Shown here: one piece after another, positions 27,072-36,429 of the stretch
Layout of the letters: each line of letters begins with the position of its first letter
Numbering within the stretch: the first letter of the stretch is position 1
Translations under genes and position numbers: made by a program
Notes under the pieces: model-generated
Told to the model about the DNA's origin: nothing
Databases searched by the model: none
What the model saw: only the letters and a program-made list of their open reading frames with translations
Origin: an uncultured virus (IMG/VR IMGVR_UViG_2838022645_000001)
Lineage: Duplodnaviria; Heunggongvirae; Uroviricota; Caudoviricetes
Direction: 5' to 3' (one strand)
Length of the DNA stretch: 64,000 nt
Virus record (IMG/VR): IMGVR_UViG_2838022645_000001

Positions 27072-27302
27072 ATGAAACGCATCCTTATCGCCACAGCACT
27101 ACTCGCAGCAGCATCAACCGCCAACGCCCAGGCCGTTGTTAGCAACGACTGCCGCCTGTCGCGCTTCATCGAAGCATACGCGTGGCAGGCCGTCGACGAC
27201 GCCGAGCGCAACAACGTGTCGGCGCCGCTCAAGAACGGCCTGCGCGTTTACCTGCGCACCGTCCAGCAGCAGACGAAGAAGGTTTGCCGCTCCGCCGTGT
27301 AG
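27072..27302 (+). CDS. Small secreted protein
   Basis: MKRILIATALLAAASTANA signal peptide; two Cys. Confidence 0.75.
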   Translation: MKRILIATALLAAASTANAQAVVSNDCRLSRFIEAYAWQAVDDAERNNVSAPLKNGLRVYLRTVQQQTKKVCRSAV

Positions 27303-27321
27303 CCGGCACGGCAGTTGCTTG

Positions 27322-27331
27322 ACAAATTTGT
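27322..27331. promoter_or_regulatory. ACAAATTTGT box 5
   Basis: CTTGACAAATTTGTCA, intergenic. Confidence 0.8.
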
Positions 27332-27398
27332 CATTTGCATCTGAAAACCTTATATATCCTGCAATCACCATCAACCACCACGATTGCAGGAGACGGAA

Positions 27399-28073
27399 GT
27401 GGCATTTGTCTTTGACGATACAGGCGCAAAAGTTGAAATCCACCACAATACAAAGGGTGCGATCAATGAGCATGTCGCAACAGCTTGGCTGATGAAGCAG
27501 GGCTATGACGTGTTCCGCAACTCCTCTCCGCGAGGCAGGGCGGACTTGGTGGCGAACAATTGGGAAGGCTCTGGCTGGGTGCCGATTGACGTAAAGTCGG
27601 AGGGCTTCGACCTAGACGGATTTGCACCCATGAACGAAGGCCAGCGAGACCAAGCGAAGAGGTATGAGGGAGATGACCTGAAGTACCTAGTGGTGATGGA
27701 CAACGGAAACTGCGTTTGGTGGAATGACATCGCAAAAGCGAACCGCCAAGAAGTTGTTGAGACGCATTGGTTCGACCCAACAACTGGGCAGCGCTTCCTT
27801 CACCCACGTAACGATATGTCTAGAAATGAGTGGTCGTTCTTCGGCCACTGGATGATCAAGCATCACAAGGACAAGCTGACTGCGTCGCAGATAGATTTTC
27901 TTTACGGCGTGGCCATAAAGCCGGTCAATAAGGGCGGCGCCCTACTGAAGAGAGAAAAGGAGATGCTGCGCAAGATCCACAGGTTCATCTATCGCAAGAT
28001 AACAGGCATGGATCCAAACACTGGATTGGCTATTGCGGCGAACGATAATACTCCGAAGCAGGAGGCCGCGTGA
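27399..28073 (+). CDS. PD-(D/E)XK nuclease-like protein
   Basis: KGAINE....WLMKQGYDVF...ADLV...IDVKS. Confidence 0.7.
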   Translation: MAFVFDDTGAKVEIHHNTKGAINEHVATAWLMKQGYDVFRNSSPRGRADLVANNWEGSGWVPIDVKSEGFDLDGFAPMNEGQRDQAKRYEGDDLKYLVVMDNGNCVWWNDIAKANRQEVVETHWFDPTTGQRFLHPRNDMSRNEWSFFGHWMIKHHKDKLTASQIDFLYGVAIKPVNKGGALLKREKEMLRKIHRFIYRKITGMDPNTGLAIAANDNTPKQEAA

Positions 28074-28999
28074 TGGCAAGGCACGCTTCACTTGCAGAGC
28101 AGCTTAGCGCTCTGCGCCAGTTCGTACAGCAACCAGAGACTGCCGAGCCTGTACAAACAAATTGGACGACGGTTGCCGCCAACGATAACAAGCCTCCAAA
28201 AGACGCGCACGGAGAGCGCCGTTGGCGAATTAAGCCGACGCTTGACGCCATGGAAGAGGAGATCGCAGGCGAAATCGTTCGCGGTCCAGATGTCTACAGT
28301 GAATTCTTTGGGCGAATGATTCCTGGGCCAATCATCCAGATCGGCAAACTTCGGTTCAGTGATGGCGCTCAGACTGAACGCTGCACCATGGCTGGTATAG
28401 ACGGCAAGCCAGTCGCTGGCGACTATAGAATGCCGCGCGGCGCAATGCTAGGCACAACCGATGGACAAGAGGAGAACCTTGGCGGCGGATCTTCGGCCAA
28501 GGGCTTCAACAACGCAACCATGGCCGAGATATTCAAGGTCGACCACAGGTCGTTCGTACCTCGCGGCAAGCGAAAGAAGCCAGATGTTATCTTTGATGGT
28601 GATGCCTCCAAGGAGTTGGCTAAGGCGATTGCCAACACAGAGGTAATGCCGGATGTAAAAAAATGCCCAGACGGACTCTCGCTAGGTGCGTCAAGAATAT
28701 CAGACAACTTTATCGGACTGAAGCGTATGCCCAGTGGAAAGGGAGGATCCGAGGCATGGCAGGATGTTTATGAGAAGATGGAAGAAAAGCAGGCATTCCT
28801 GGCGGCGGAGCGTGACTTGAGCGAGAAGGACAGGGCGGCAATCGCTTCGGTTAGGTCGGCAAAGACGCTGGAAGATATTGGCGTCGCGCTTGGTCAGTCA
28901 AGAAAGTACGCAAAATTCAGAGGCGGCGGCAAGAGGGCGCTTTTAGCGGCAAACGAAAATCTCCGCGCCGCAATAAATAAATATGTCAGCGGTGTTTAA
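28070..28999 (+). CDS. Hypothetical protein, candidate late regulator (C-terminal HTH)
   Basis: Last early gene before the late leader; KTLEDIGVALGQSRKYAK. Confidence 0.6.
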   Translation: MMARHASLAEQLSALRQFVQQPETAEPVQTNWTTVAANDNKPPKDAHGERRWRIKPTLDAMEEEIAGEIVRGPDVYSEFFGRMIPGPIIQIGKLRFSDGAQTERCTMAGIDGKPVAGDYRMPRGAMLGTTDGQEENLGGGSSAKGFNNATMAEIFKVDHRSFVPRGKRKKPDVIFDGDASKELAKAIANTEVMPDVKKCPDGLSLGASRISDNFIGLKRMPSGKGGSEAWQDVYEKMEEKQAFLAAERDLSEKDRAAIASVRSAKTLEDIGVALGQSRKYAKFRGGGKRALLAANENLRAAINKYVSGV

Positions 29000-29022
29000 T
29001 AAACGGGGTCATACTCGGGAAC

Positions 29023-29431
29023 GAGTGAAGGGATGCGATTGCATCCCACACTCTTCCGGCGATGTTCCGGACCCATCGCCATACTGCAGTTGGTTGCAGT
29101 CTCTGAGCTTTGGGTAACTCCAACGCGGCCTTATGGGCTGCAATTCAAGGGCCGCGCCAATGCGGCTTCTATGAGCATCCTAGTCCTCTGTGGTTGTCTT
29201 CGCACCGGGCATTGTACCGTGGCGCTGGTGGCTACATGCCTAACATCCTGAAGCAACAGGAGGGCGCTGCTGACGAGCAGTGGCTGGATGCACCTATTGC
29301 CCACTTACGGCACGATGCTTGTGGCTTGGACGCAGCATTCCGTTGGGCATTACCCATTACCATGCGCGCCTCCTCTCGCTGCGTGGTAATCCTGCGGCTG
29401 CTCCACTGCGATTGCGGTGTCGAGCGGCCGC
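29023..29431 (+). ncRNA. Candidate large structured RNA / late leader
   Basis: Back-to-back hairpins with G-U pairs and no convincing CDS; abuts the tRNA. Confidence 0.55.
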
Positions 29432-29440
29432 TTTCGTTTC

Positions 29441-29518
29441 TGCGGGATAGAGCAGTCTGGTAGCTCGTCAGCCTCATAAGCTGAAGGTCTCTGGTTCAAA
29501 TCCAGATCTCCGCAACCA
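29441..29518 (+). tRNA. tRNA-Met (CAT), atypical initiator-like
   Basis: Cloverleaf, GAGC/GCTC D stem, CAT at 29475-29477, TTCAAAT T loop, encoded CCA. Confidence 0.9.
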
Positions 29519-29532
29519 ATCACGGTGATTGC

Positions 29533-29817
29533 GTGGCAAACAACAGCGCATGGCATCACCTATACAAGACGGCAGCATGGCGTCGCCTGCGTGAGGCGCA
29601 GCTAAGCGCTGAGCCGCTATGCCGCTTCTGCCTTGAGGCTGAGGACGTAACGGCCGCAACCATATGCGACCACATCACCCCCCACAAAGGGAACGAGGAA
29701 CTGTTTTGGTCTGGCCCATTCCAGTCTCTTTGCAAAGCGCATCACGATGGGGTGAAGCAGCGCATCGACAAAGGGCAGAACGTCATCCGATATGGTGCCG
29801 ATGGGTGGCCGCTTTAG
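29533..29817 (+). CDS. Packaging-associated HNH endonuclease (HK97 gp74-like)
   Basis: PLCRFC...DHITPHKG...QSLCKAHH, upstream of terminase. Confidence 0.9.
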   Translation: MANNSAWHHLYKTAAWRRLREAQLSAEPLCRFCLEAEDVTAATICDHITPHKGNEELFWSGPFQSLCKAHHDGVKQRIDKGQNVIRYGADGWPL

Positions 29818-29899
29818 AAAATAGATGAAAATAGTTCGATAAATAGATGATTTTATTGTATTTAATGCTTGACGATCGCATCGAAGAATGATATGATGG

Positions 29900-30000
29900 A
29901 GGGTTGCCCTGGGGAGGGGTGGGTCAGATCTCTAGGGCCTGCCGCCCTGGGTACCGGCGCGGGTCATTCGTACACAACGCCACAATTCAAAAGTTGAGGG
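29900..30000. other. Probable cos region
   Basis: Position between HNH and terS; G-rich GGGGAGGGGTGGGTC tract; exact cut site not determinable. Confidence 0.4.
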
Positions 30001-30063
30001 TGATGGGGAGCGCGGCGGAGCAATGGCTCGACGCCTTTTGATTTCTCCACGATAAAGTAATCA

Positions 30064-30073
30064 ACAAATTTGT
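30064..30073. promoter_or_regulatory. ACAAATTTGT box 6 (leftward TTGACA), just upstream of terS
   Basis: Exact palindrome. Confidence 0.75.
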
Positions 30074-30088
30074 CAAGGATAAAGTTTC

Positions 30089-30469
30089 ATGGCGAGGCCG
30101 CGAACGCCAAAGGCGAAGGCTACCGTCACTGGTGCTGACAAAAAGAATAAAGGCCGGTTCGAAGAGCGCGTCGAGCCGACCGTCAGCGATGATCTCGGCG
30201 AGCCACCGGCATGGATGCCGGAAGGCCAGCAGCTGGCGTGGCGCACCATCGCCAAAGAAATTCCATGGCTCAATGCATCGCATAGGGCGCTCGTTGAAAT
30301 CGCAAGTTATGTGCGCGGAAGGCTTATGGCCAACGAGGACGTTGGCGTGCAGGCGCTCAACCTGCTGAGGCAGTGCCTCGGGCAGATGGGGGCGACACCC
30401 GCGGACGCATCGAAGGCGGGAGCTAAGCCAGGTGGCGAAGAAGAAGACCCCGCCGACAAGTATTTCTGA
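30089..30469 (+). CDS. terS: Terminase small subunit
   Basis: MARPRTP, EPPAWM, MGATPADASK; position. Confidence 0.85.
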   Translation: MARPRTPKAKATVTGADKKNKGRFEERVEPTVSDDLGEPPAWMPEGQQLAWRTIAKEIPWLNASHRALVEIASYVRGRLMANEDVGVQALNLLRQCLGQMGATPADASKAGAKPGGEEEDPADKYF

Positions 30470-32330
30470 CCCTACCACGGCATATGCGAAGGCGGTTGTC
30501 TCGGGCGAGATTGTTGCTGGCCCGCACGTGCGCAATGCCTGCCGCCGTCACCTCGACGATCTGCGCGACGGTAAGAAGCGCGGCCTGATATGGGATCCCG
30601 CCGGCGCGGCGCGTTTCATCGGCTACTGTCGCGACGTGCTCCGCCTCAATGGCGGCCAGTTCGAAGGCAAGCCATTCATCCTGCAGCCCAGCCAGGCGTT
30701 CATCGCCGGCTCACTGTTCGGATGGAAGCGCACCAACGAGAACGGCAAGGTGGTCCGGCGCTTCCGGCGCGCGTACATCGAGCAGGCAAAGGGGCAGGGC
30801 AAGTCGCCATTCGCTGGAGCTGTCGGCCTCTACTGCATGACCGCAGACGGCGAGGCCGCGGCGGAGATTTACGCGGCCGGCAAGGACAAGGCGCAGGCAT
30901 TCGTTCTATTTCGCGACTCGGTCGCGATGTATGAGCAGTCGCCGAAGCTGAAGCGGGAATTGACGCCGTCGGGCGGCAACCCGGTCTGGAACCTAGCGCA
31001 CATCAAGTCGCGATCGTTCTTTCGGCCTATCTCTCGCGAGCAGGCGCACAGCGGACCTCGTCCATATGTCGCACTCTGCGACGAGATCCACGAACACCCT
31101 AACGGCCATACGCTTGAAATGCTCGAGCGCGGCTTCAAGTTTCGCGACCAGCCGCTGCTGCTGATGATCACGAACTCCGGAAGCGACCGCAACAGCGTTT
31201 GCTGGGCGGAGCATCAGTGGGCCGTAAAGGTTGCGGCTGGCACCGAGACGCCGGACGACGACTTCCATTATGTGGGCGAGGTGTTTGGCACCAGCGACGA
31301 GTGCTTTTCATACGTCTGTGCCCTAGACAAAGACGATGATCCGTTCACGGACCCGTCGTGCTGGGTGAAGGCCAATCCGCTCCTCGGCGTCACGCTGAAA
31401 TACGAATACATCGAGGGCGTCGTGGCTCAGGCCCGCGACATCCCGTCGAAGCGCAACAACATTTTGCGCCTGCACTTCTGCGTCTGGACAGAATCCGACA
31501 CTGCCTGGATCCCTCGGCCGATACTCGAAAGGGTCATGGTCGACTTCGACCCATACGAGGAACACGCCGGCAAGCCGATTGCGGCGGCAGGCCTGGACTT
31601 GTCCGGCGCCAAGGATCTGACCGCGGCGGCATTCGTCGTCGAGACCGGCACGAAGCGCATCACTCGGGCAGACGGCACTGAGGCGGACCTTCCGACATTC
31701 GACTTGTGGATCGAGGCGTTCACGCCGCGCGACACAATGGATGAGCGGTCGAAGGTCGATCACGTCCCTTACCGGCTCTGGCTCGATCAGGGCTACATCA
31801 ATGCGCCGGAGGGCTCACGTGTACGATATGATCATGTTGCTGCTCTATTCGCTCGCCTCAACACCGAGCATGGCATTGGTGTCCTGGCGTACGACAATTA
31901 CGCATTTGACAAGTTCGCTGAAGAACTTGACGCGTACGGCGCCGGAATCCAGACGGTAAATCACCCGCAGGGCGGCAAGAAACGCGCCGCTCCATCTCCG
32001 GAGAAGGTAGCGGCGGCTGAGGCGGCCGGTCTGCCGAAGCCTCTTGGCCTCTGGATGCCGGGCAGCGTTGCGGCGCTCGAGGAGCTCATCCTTGAGGAGC
32101 GCATCAGGCTACGGCGTTCGCCGGTGCTTTTGGGCGCCCTGATGGGTGTGGCGATCGAAACTGACCCGCTCATGGGCAATCAGTGGTTCTCAAAGAAGAA
32201 ATCCACGGTTCGCATCGACCCTGCCGTTGCTGCGGCGATGGCTGTTGGCGCTGCGGTGGATGGCGTTGTCGAGCTCAAGCCGGCGATATCACCTTGGGAA
32301 AATCCAGACTTCAAGATTGCCGTCGTGTGA
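30432..32330 (+). CDS. terL: Terminase large subunit
   Basis: AKGQGKS, LCDEIHEH, GLDLS..KDLTA, RIDPAVA. Confidence 0.96.
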   Translation: MAKKKTPPTSISDPTTAYAKAVVSGEIVAGPHVRNACRRHLDDLRDGKKRGLIWDPAGAARFIGYCRDVLRLNGGQFEGKPFILQPSQAFIAGSLFGWKRTNENGKVVRRFRRAYIEQAKGQGKSPFAGAVGLYCMTADGEAAAEIYAAGKDKAQAFVLFRDSVAMYEQSPKLKRELTPSGGNPVWNLAHIKSRSFFRPISREQAHSGPRPYVALCDEIHEHPNGHTLEMLERGFKFRDQPLLLMITNSGSDRNSVCWAEHQWAVKVAAGTETPDDDFHYVGEVFGTSDECFSYVCALDKDDDPFTDPSCWVKANPLLGVTLKYEYIEGVVAQARDIPSKRNNILRLHFCVWTESDTAWIPRPILERVMVDFDPYEEHAGKPIAAAGLDLSGAKDLTAAAFVVETGTKRITRADGTEADLPTFDLWIEAFTPRDTMDERSKVDHVPYRLWLDQGYINAPEGSRVRYDHVAALFARLNTEHGIGVLAYDNYAFDKFAEELDAYGAGIQTVNHPQGGKKRAAPSPEKVAAAEAAGLPKPLGLWMPGSVAALEELILEERIRLRRSPVLLGALMGVAIETDPLMGNQWFSKKKSTVRIDPAVAAAMAVGAAVDGVVELKPAISPWENPDFKIAVV

Positions 32331-32348
32331 CGGCGGCAAGGAATATGA

Positions 32349-33620
32349 ATGTGGCCTTTTAAGGATAGGGTGGCGGCGGAGACGCGCGCCACCATTGAAA
32401 GCCCTAGCGTTTCGCTTTCAGACCCAAACGCATGGCGCACATTGTTCAATGAATGGCATAGCGTCGCAGGCGTTGTCGTCAACTATGAGACAGCGCTTGA
32501 GGTACCAGCCGTCTGGTGCGCCATCAATTTTATCGCAGGCACGATCGCCAGTCTGCCGCTCCAGGTCTTTCGCAAAGGCGAAAAAGGCCGCGAGACGGTC
32601 GAAAACGATCCGCTTTATGGCATCCTTCATGACGCTCCAAACGACGAACTGACGTCGTTCATGTGGCGCAAGGCCATGATGGTGAGCGTTCTTCTGCGCG
32701 GCCGCGGCGTCTCGTTTATTGAGCGCAATAAGGCCGGCAGGGTCATGAACATCTGGCCGCTTGACGTCGACAAACTGACCATAGAGCGAAATAACGGCCG
32801 CAAGTCGTACCGCTATAGGGACGGTGAACGCACCGTCGTCTACGCGGCCAGCGAAGTCATCGATCTTACATTCATGCTGAAGCCTGACGGCATCACGCAT
32901 ATCGACCCGGTGAGCAAGCTCAAGGGCGCGGTCGGCTTGGCGCTGGCCCTTGACGAATACGCCCGCAAGTTCTTCGCCAATGGCGGAGTGCCTCCGCTTG
33001 CGCTTTATGGGCCAATGCCGTCGCCGGCAGCTGCAACGAGGGCCGCCCAAGACGTCGAGAAGGCGGTTAAAGACGCCAACGCCGAGCGTCGAAACGTCAT
33101 GATCATGCCTGCAGGGCATGAATTGAAGCCGGTAGGCGTTGATCCGCAGAAATCCCAGATGGAAGAGGCTCGCCGCTTCCAGATTGAGGAAATCGCGAGG
33201 ATTTTCGATATCCCGCCTGTCTTTTTGCAGGATCTGACGCACGGCACGTTTTCGAACACCGAGCAACAGGATCTGCACTTCGTCAAGCACACGCTGACGC
33301 AGTGGATCAAGGCGTGGGAGCAGGAGCTAAACCTCAAGCTGTTCACAGCGCGCAACAAGTCGAAGTTCGTAGAGTTCAATGTCGACGGTCTCCTTCGCGG
33401 CGATTTCAAGACCCGCATGGACGGCTACGCGACTGCGATCCAGAACGCCATCAACACGCCCGACGAAGTGCGCGGCATGGAGAATTGGCCAGCACAGGGC
33501 GGCGAGGCGGCAAAGCTGCATATCCAGGGTGCGACTGTCCCCTTGGGAATGCAGAGCACCGTCAATGCGCCTAAGCCAGCCAACGACAACAATCAGAACG
33601 ACGGGGCGCAGGCCGCATGA
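32349..33620 (+). CDS. HK97-family portal protein
   Basis: TIASLPL, PNDELT, EIARIFDIPP, TFSNTEQQ. Confidence 0.96.
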   Translation: MWPFKDRVAAETRATIESPSVSLSDPNAWRTLFNEWHSVAGVVVNYETALEVPAVWCAINFIAGTIASLPLQVFRKGEKGRETVENDPLYGILHDAPNDELTSFMWRKAMMVSVLLRGRGVSFIERNKAGRVMNIWPLDVDKLTIERNNGRKSYRYRDGERTVVYAASEVIDLTFMLKPDGITHIDPVSKLKGAVGLALALDEYARKFFANGGVPPLALYGPMPSPAAATRAAQDVEKAVKDANAERRNVMIMPAGHELKPVGVDPQKSQMEEARRFQIEEIARIFDIPPVFLQDLTHGTFSNTEQQDLHFVKHTLTQWIKAWEQELNLKLFTARNKSKFVEFNVDGLLRGDFKTRMDGYATAIQNAINTPDEVRGMENWPAQGGEAAKLHIQGATVPLGMQSTVNAPKPANDNNQNDGAQAA

Positions 33621-34246
33621 CCACAAACATTGAGAAGCGCGCGGCCGGCCTCGGGGTTGAGACGCGAGCCGAAGACGACAAGCGGACGCTGGTAGGTTAC
33701 GCGGCTGTCTTTGAGCGGCTCGCCATGATTGGCGGGTACTTCCAGGAGAAGATCGCTCCTGGTGCGTTTGCGACAGCCATTAAAGGCGACATCCGAGCGC
33801 TCGTCGACCACGACCCGGGCAGGGTCATCGGACGAACGAAGAGCGGCACGCTGCGGCTGGCCGAGGATGGCACCGGACTCAAGGTCGAGATCGATGTGCC
33901 GAACACCACGGACGGCAACGATATATGGGAGCTCGTAGAGCGCGGCGATATCAGCGGCATGAGCTTCGGCTTCCGCGTCACCAAGGAAACTTGGGACGAG
34001 ACCGGCGAGGTGCCGGTGCGCACCATCCAAGCTTTGGAGCTTATGGAGGTGTCGGCAGTTGCCTTCCCGGCCTACGAAGACACCACGATTGGTGTTCGAT
34101 CGCTCGAGGAATGGCGATCGGCGAATCCGTCAGAAATCACGCCCGTAGAGGGCGAAGAAGATCCGGCGGCAGCGCCGGTAAGCAAGGCCGCTCACCGCGC
34201 GCGCCTGAAGATGGACCTGGAACTCAAGGTCCGCAGCATGCGCTGA
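33617..34246 (+). CDS. HK97 prohead protease
   Basis: GYAAVF, LVDHD, GMSFGF, EVSAVAFPAY. Confidence 0.95.
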   Translation: MTTNIEKRAAGLGVETRAEDDKRTLVGYAAVFERLAMIGGYFQEKIAPGAFATAIKGDIRALVDHDPGRVIGRTKSGTLRLAEDGTGLKVEIDVPNTTDGNDIWELVERGDISGMSFGFRVTKETWDETGEVPVRTIQALELMEVSAVAFPAYEDTTIGVRSLEEWRSANPSEITPVEGEEDPAAAPVSKAAHRARLKMDLELKVRSMR

Positions 34247-34282
34247 CCAAAGCGCTGTCACCGCCAAGCACCACCACAACGG

Positions 34283-34304
34283 GCCCGCTCCCATGCGGGC
34301 TTTT
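34283..34304 (+). terminator. Terminator-like hairpin before the capsid gene
   Basis: GCCCGC-tcccat-GCGGGC-TTTT preceded by CACCACCAC. Confidence 0.45.
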
Positions 34305-34319
34305 CTATGGGAAAAGCAC

Positions 34320-35558
34320 ATGAAAATCTCTGAAATGCGCGAGAAGCAGCAGCGTCTCGTCGCCGAAGCCCGCTCGCTCCGTGACGAAATCAAGGACGAC
34401 ACTGCCGAAGCTCGCGTTGCCGAAATCGACGCTGCGCACGACAAGGCAATGGCCGAGTACGACAAGCTCGAAGAGCGCATCAAGCGCGAAGAGGCTCTTG
34501 AAGCCCGCGAGCGCGACCTCAATGCTGCTGACGAGCGCCGCCCGAATGGCGAATCCCGCACCGTCAAGCCGGGTCAGGTCGAAAAGACCGCCGACGAACT
34601 CTATGCAGAAGCTTTCCGCGGATTCCTTCGCGGCGGCCGTGCCAGCCTTTCGCCTGAGCAGCGCAGCATCCTGAAGGCAGTCGAAGAGCGCGGGCAGTCC
34701 GTCGGCACCCAGACCCAGGGCGGCTATCTCGTCCCCGGCCAGTTCCTGGCGGAGCTCATCAAGTCGCTGAAGGCTTGGGGTCCGATGATGGATCCTGGCG
34801 TGACCCGCATGCTGAATACCGCTACCGGCGCCACGATCACGATGCCGTCGATGAACGACACCGGCAACGAAGGCGCGCTTATCGGTGAAAACCAGCAGGT
34901 TTCCGTTTCGGAAATCGCCTTCGGCACCAAGTCGCTCGACGCCTACAAATACACCTCCGGCGTCGTTCTCATCTCCGATGAGCTTCTGCAGGACGCTGTC
35001 ATGGACGTCGAGGGCATCGTTCGCGATGCAATGTCTGAGCGTATCGGCCGCATTGCCAACCGGCACCTGACGACCGGCGACGGCGCCTCCAAGCCGAACG
35101 GTATCGTTTCCGCTGCCGGCACCACAGCTGCGGCTGGCGCATCTGCCATCACCTTCGACGACCTGTTCAACCTCGAGCACTCGGTCGATCCGGCCTACCG
35201 CTCTGACCCGTCGGTTGGTTGGCAGTTCAACGACAGCACGCTGAAGGCGCTGCGCAAGCTCAAGGATCTGAACGGCAACTACATCTGGCAGCCGGCAGAC
35301 GTCAAGGGTGGCGCACCTGCGAGCATCAGCGACTATCGCTACTCGATCAACCAGGCGATCGCCGACATCGGCACCGGCAACAAGTCCGTGCTGTTCGGCG
35401 CGATGAACAAGTATGCCGTCCGCGTTGTCAGCGAGTTCGCAATGAAGCGTCTAGTTGAGCGCTATGCCGACTTTGGTCAGGTTGGTCTGATCGGCTTCAT
35501 GCGCCTCGATGGTGAGCTGCTCGATAGCGCGGCTGTCAAGACCCTGCTGCATCCGTAA
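34320..35558 (+). CDS. HK97-fold major capsid protein
   Basis: Coiled-coil delta domain, GGYLVP, ISDELLQD, KLKDLNGNYIW. Confidence 0.96.
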   Translation: MKISEMREKQQRLVAEARSLRDEIKDDTAEARVAEIDAAHDKAMAEYDKLEERIKREEALEARERDLNAADERRPNGESRTVKPGQVEKTADELYAEAFRGFLRGGRASLSPEQRSILKAVEERGQSVGTQTQGGYLVPGQFLAELIKSLKAWGPMMDPGVTRMLNTATGATITMPSMNDTGNEGALIGENQQVSVSEIAFGTKSLDAYKYTSGVVLISDELLQDAVMDVEGIVRDAMSERIGRIANRHLTTGDGASKPNGIVSAAGTTAAAGASAITFDDLFNLEHSVDPAYRSDPSVGWQFNDSTLKALRKLKDLNGNYIWQPADVKGGAPASISDYRYSINQAIADIGTGNKSVLFGAMNKYAVRVVSEFAMKRLVERYADFGQVGLIGFMRLDGELLDSAAVKTLLHP

Positions 35559-35608
35559 TCAAAGCGGCGCCGTCAGAAAATGGCGGCGCCCACCACATGG
35601 AGGGCGGC

Positions 35609-35842
35609 ATGCTCGTCAAGGTAAATACAAGTTTGGTCGGCGCCGACTTTTCGTACAATTTCGGCGATGAAGTGGATTCTGAGGAGTTCGCCGCGCGCGT
35701 CGGCAACGGCTGGGAAAATCTTTGCGACGCGATCGCTGAAAAGGCAGTCGCCGCGGCTCCAGCCGAAGTGGCTGTTGCGGCCACCGAGATCGAGACTGCC
35801 GTTGTCGCGCCCACCCAGGAACGCCGAGGCCGCCGCAAATGA
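35609..35842 (+). CDS. Small head-region protein
   Basis: Position after capsid; GGAGG SD. Confidence 0.65.
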   Translation: MLVKVNTSLVGADFSYNFGDEVDSEEFAARVGNGWENLCDAIAEKAVAAAPAEVAVAATEIETAVVAPTQERRGRRK

Positions 35843-36414
35843 ACGAATGGACGCGACTGGTCAGGACGGTAGCGCCAGCCTCTCCGGTTGTGTCCGTCGA
35901 CGAGGCCAAACGTCATCTGCGTGTTTTCCACGATGACGATAACGCCGATATCACGGCAATGGTGGCTGCTGCGACGGCCGCCATTGAAGGGCCTAACGGC
36001 ATAGGCATAGCGCTTTCTCCGCAGACGTGGCGCATGTCTCTTGACCACTTTCCGTGCGAGATAGTTGTGCCGCTTGGCCCGGTCACATCGGTCACATCGG
36101 TGGCCTACACGGATGCCAGCGGATCGCCAGCGACTGTCTCTGGCTTGAGATTTGATCTCGACACAAGCCCATTGCGTATTTGGCCAGCACGAGACACGGC
36201 ATGGCCGGAAATCTACTGCGAGCCTGGCGCCGTCAAGGTCACTTTCGCTTGCGGATATGCGACGTTGCCGCCCGATCTTCGCGCTGCGATCCTTCTCCTT
36301 GTCGGTCACTTCTACGAACACCGCGAGGCCGTCACCACAGACCTAAAGGCAGTCGATCTGCCGATGGGCGTATCATCAATTCTTGAAAGATATCGGGTCG
36401 GCCGCTTCGCCTGA
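35839..36414 (+). CDS. Head-tail connector (gp6-like)
   Basis: SVDEAKRHLRV, AILLLVGHFYEHRE. Confidence 0.92.
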   Translation: MNEWTRLVRTVAPASPVVSVDEAKRHLRVFHDDDNADITAMVAAATAAIEGPNGIGIALSPQTWRMSLDHFPCEIVVPLGPVTSVTSVAYTDASGSPATVSGLRFDLDTSPLRIWPARDTAWPEIYCEPGAVKVTFACGYATLPPDLRAAILLLVGHFYEHREAVTTDLKAVDLPMGVSSILERYRVGRFA

Positions 36415-36429
36415 CCGAAAGGAACCACC

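Noticed and set aside
29023..29518. A phage tmRNA gene explaining the ANDN tags
   Set aside because: No tRNA-Ala-like ends or tag reading frame visible here or in 5780-6340; a covariance search would be needed to exclude it fully
29441..29518. tRNA as the integration site
   Set aside because: It lies mid-genome between early and packaging genes, with no duplicated 3' fragment seen in the window
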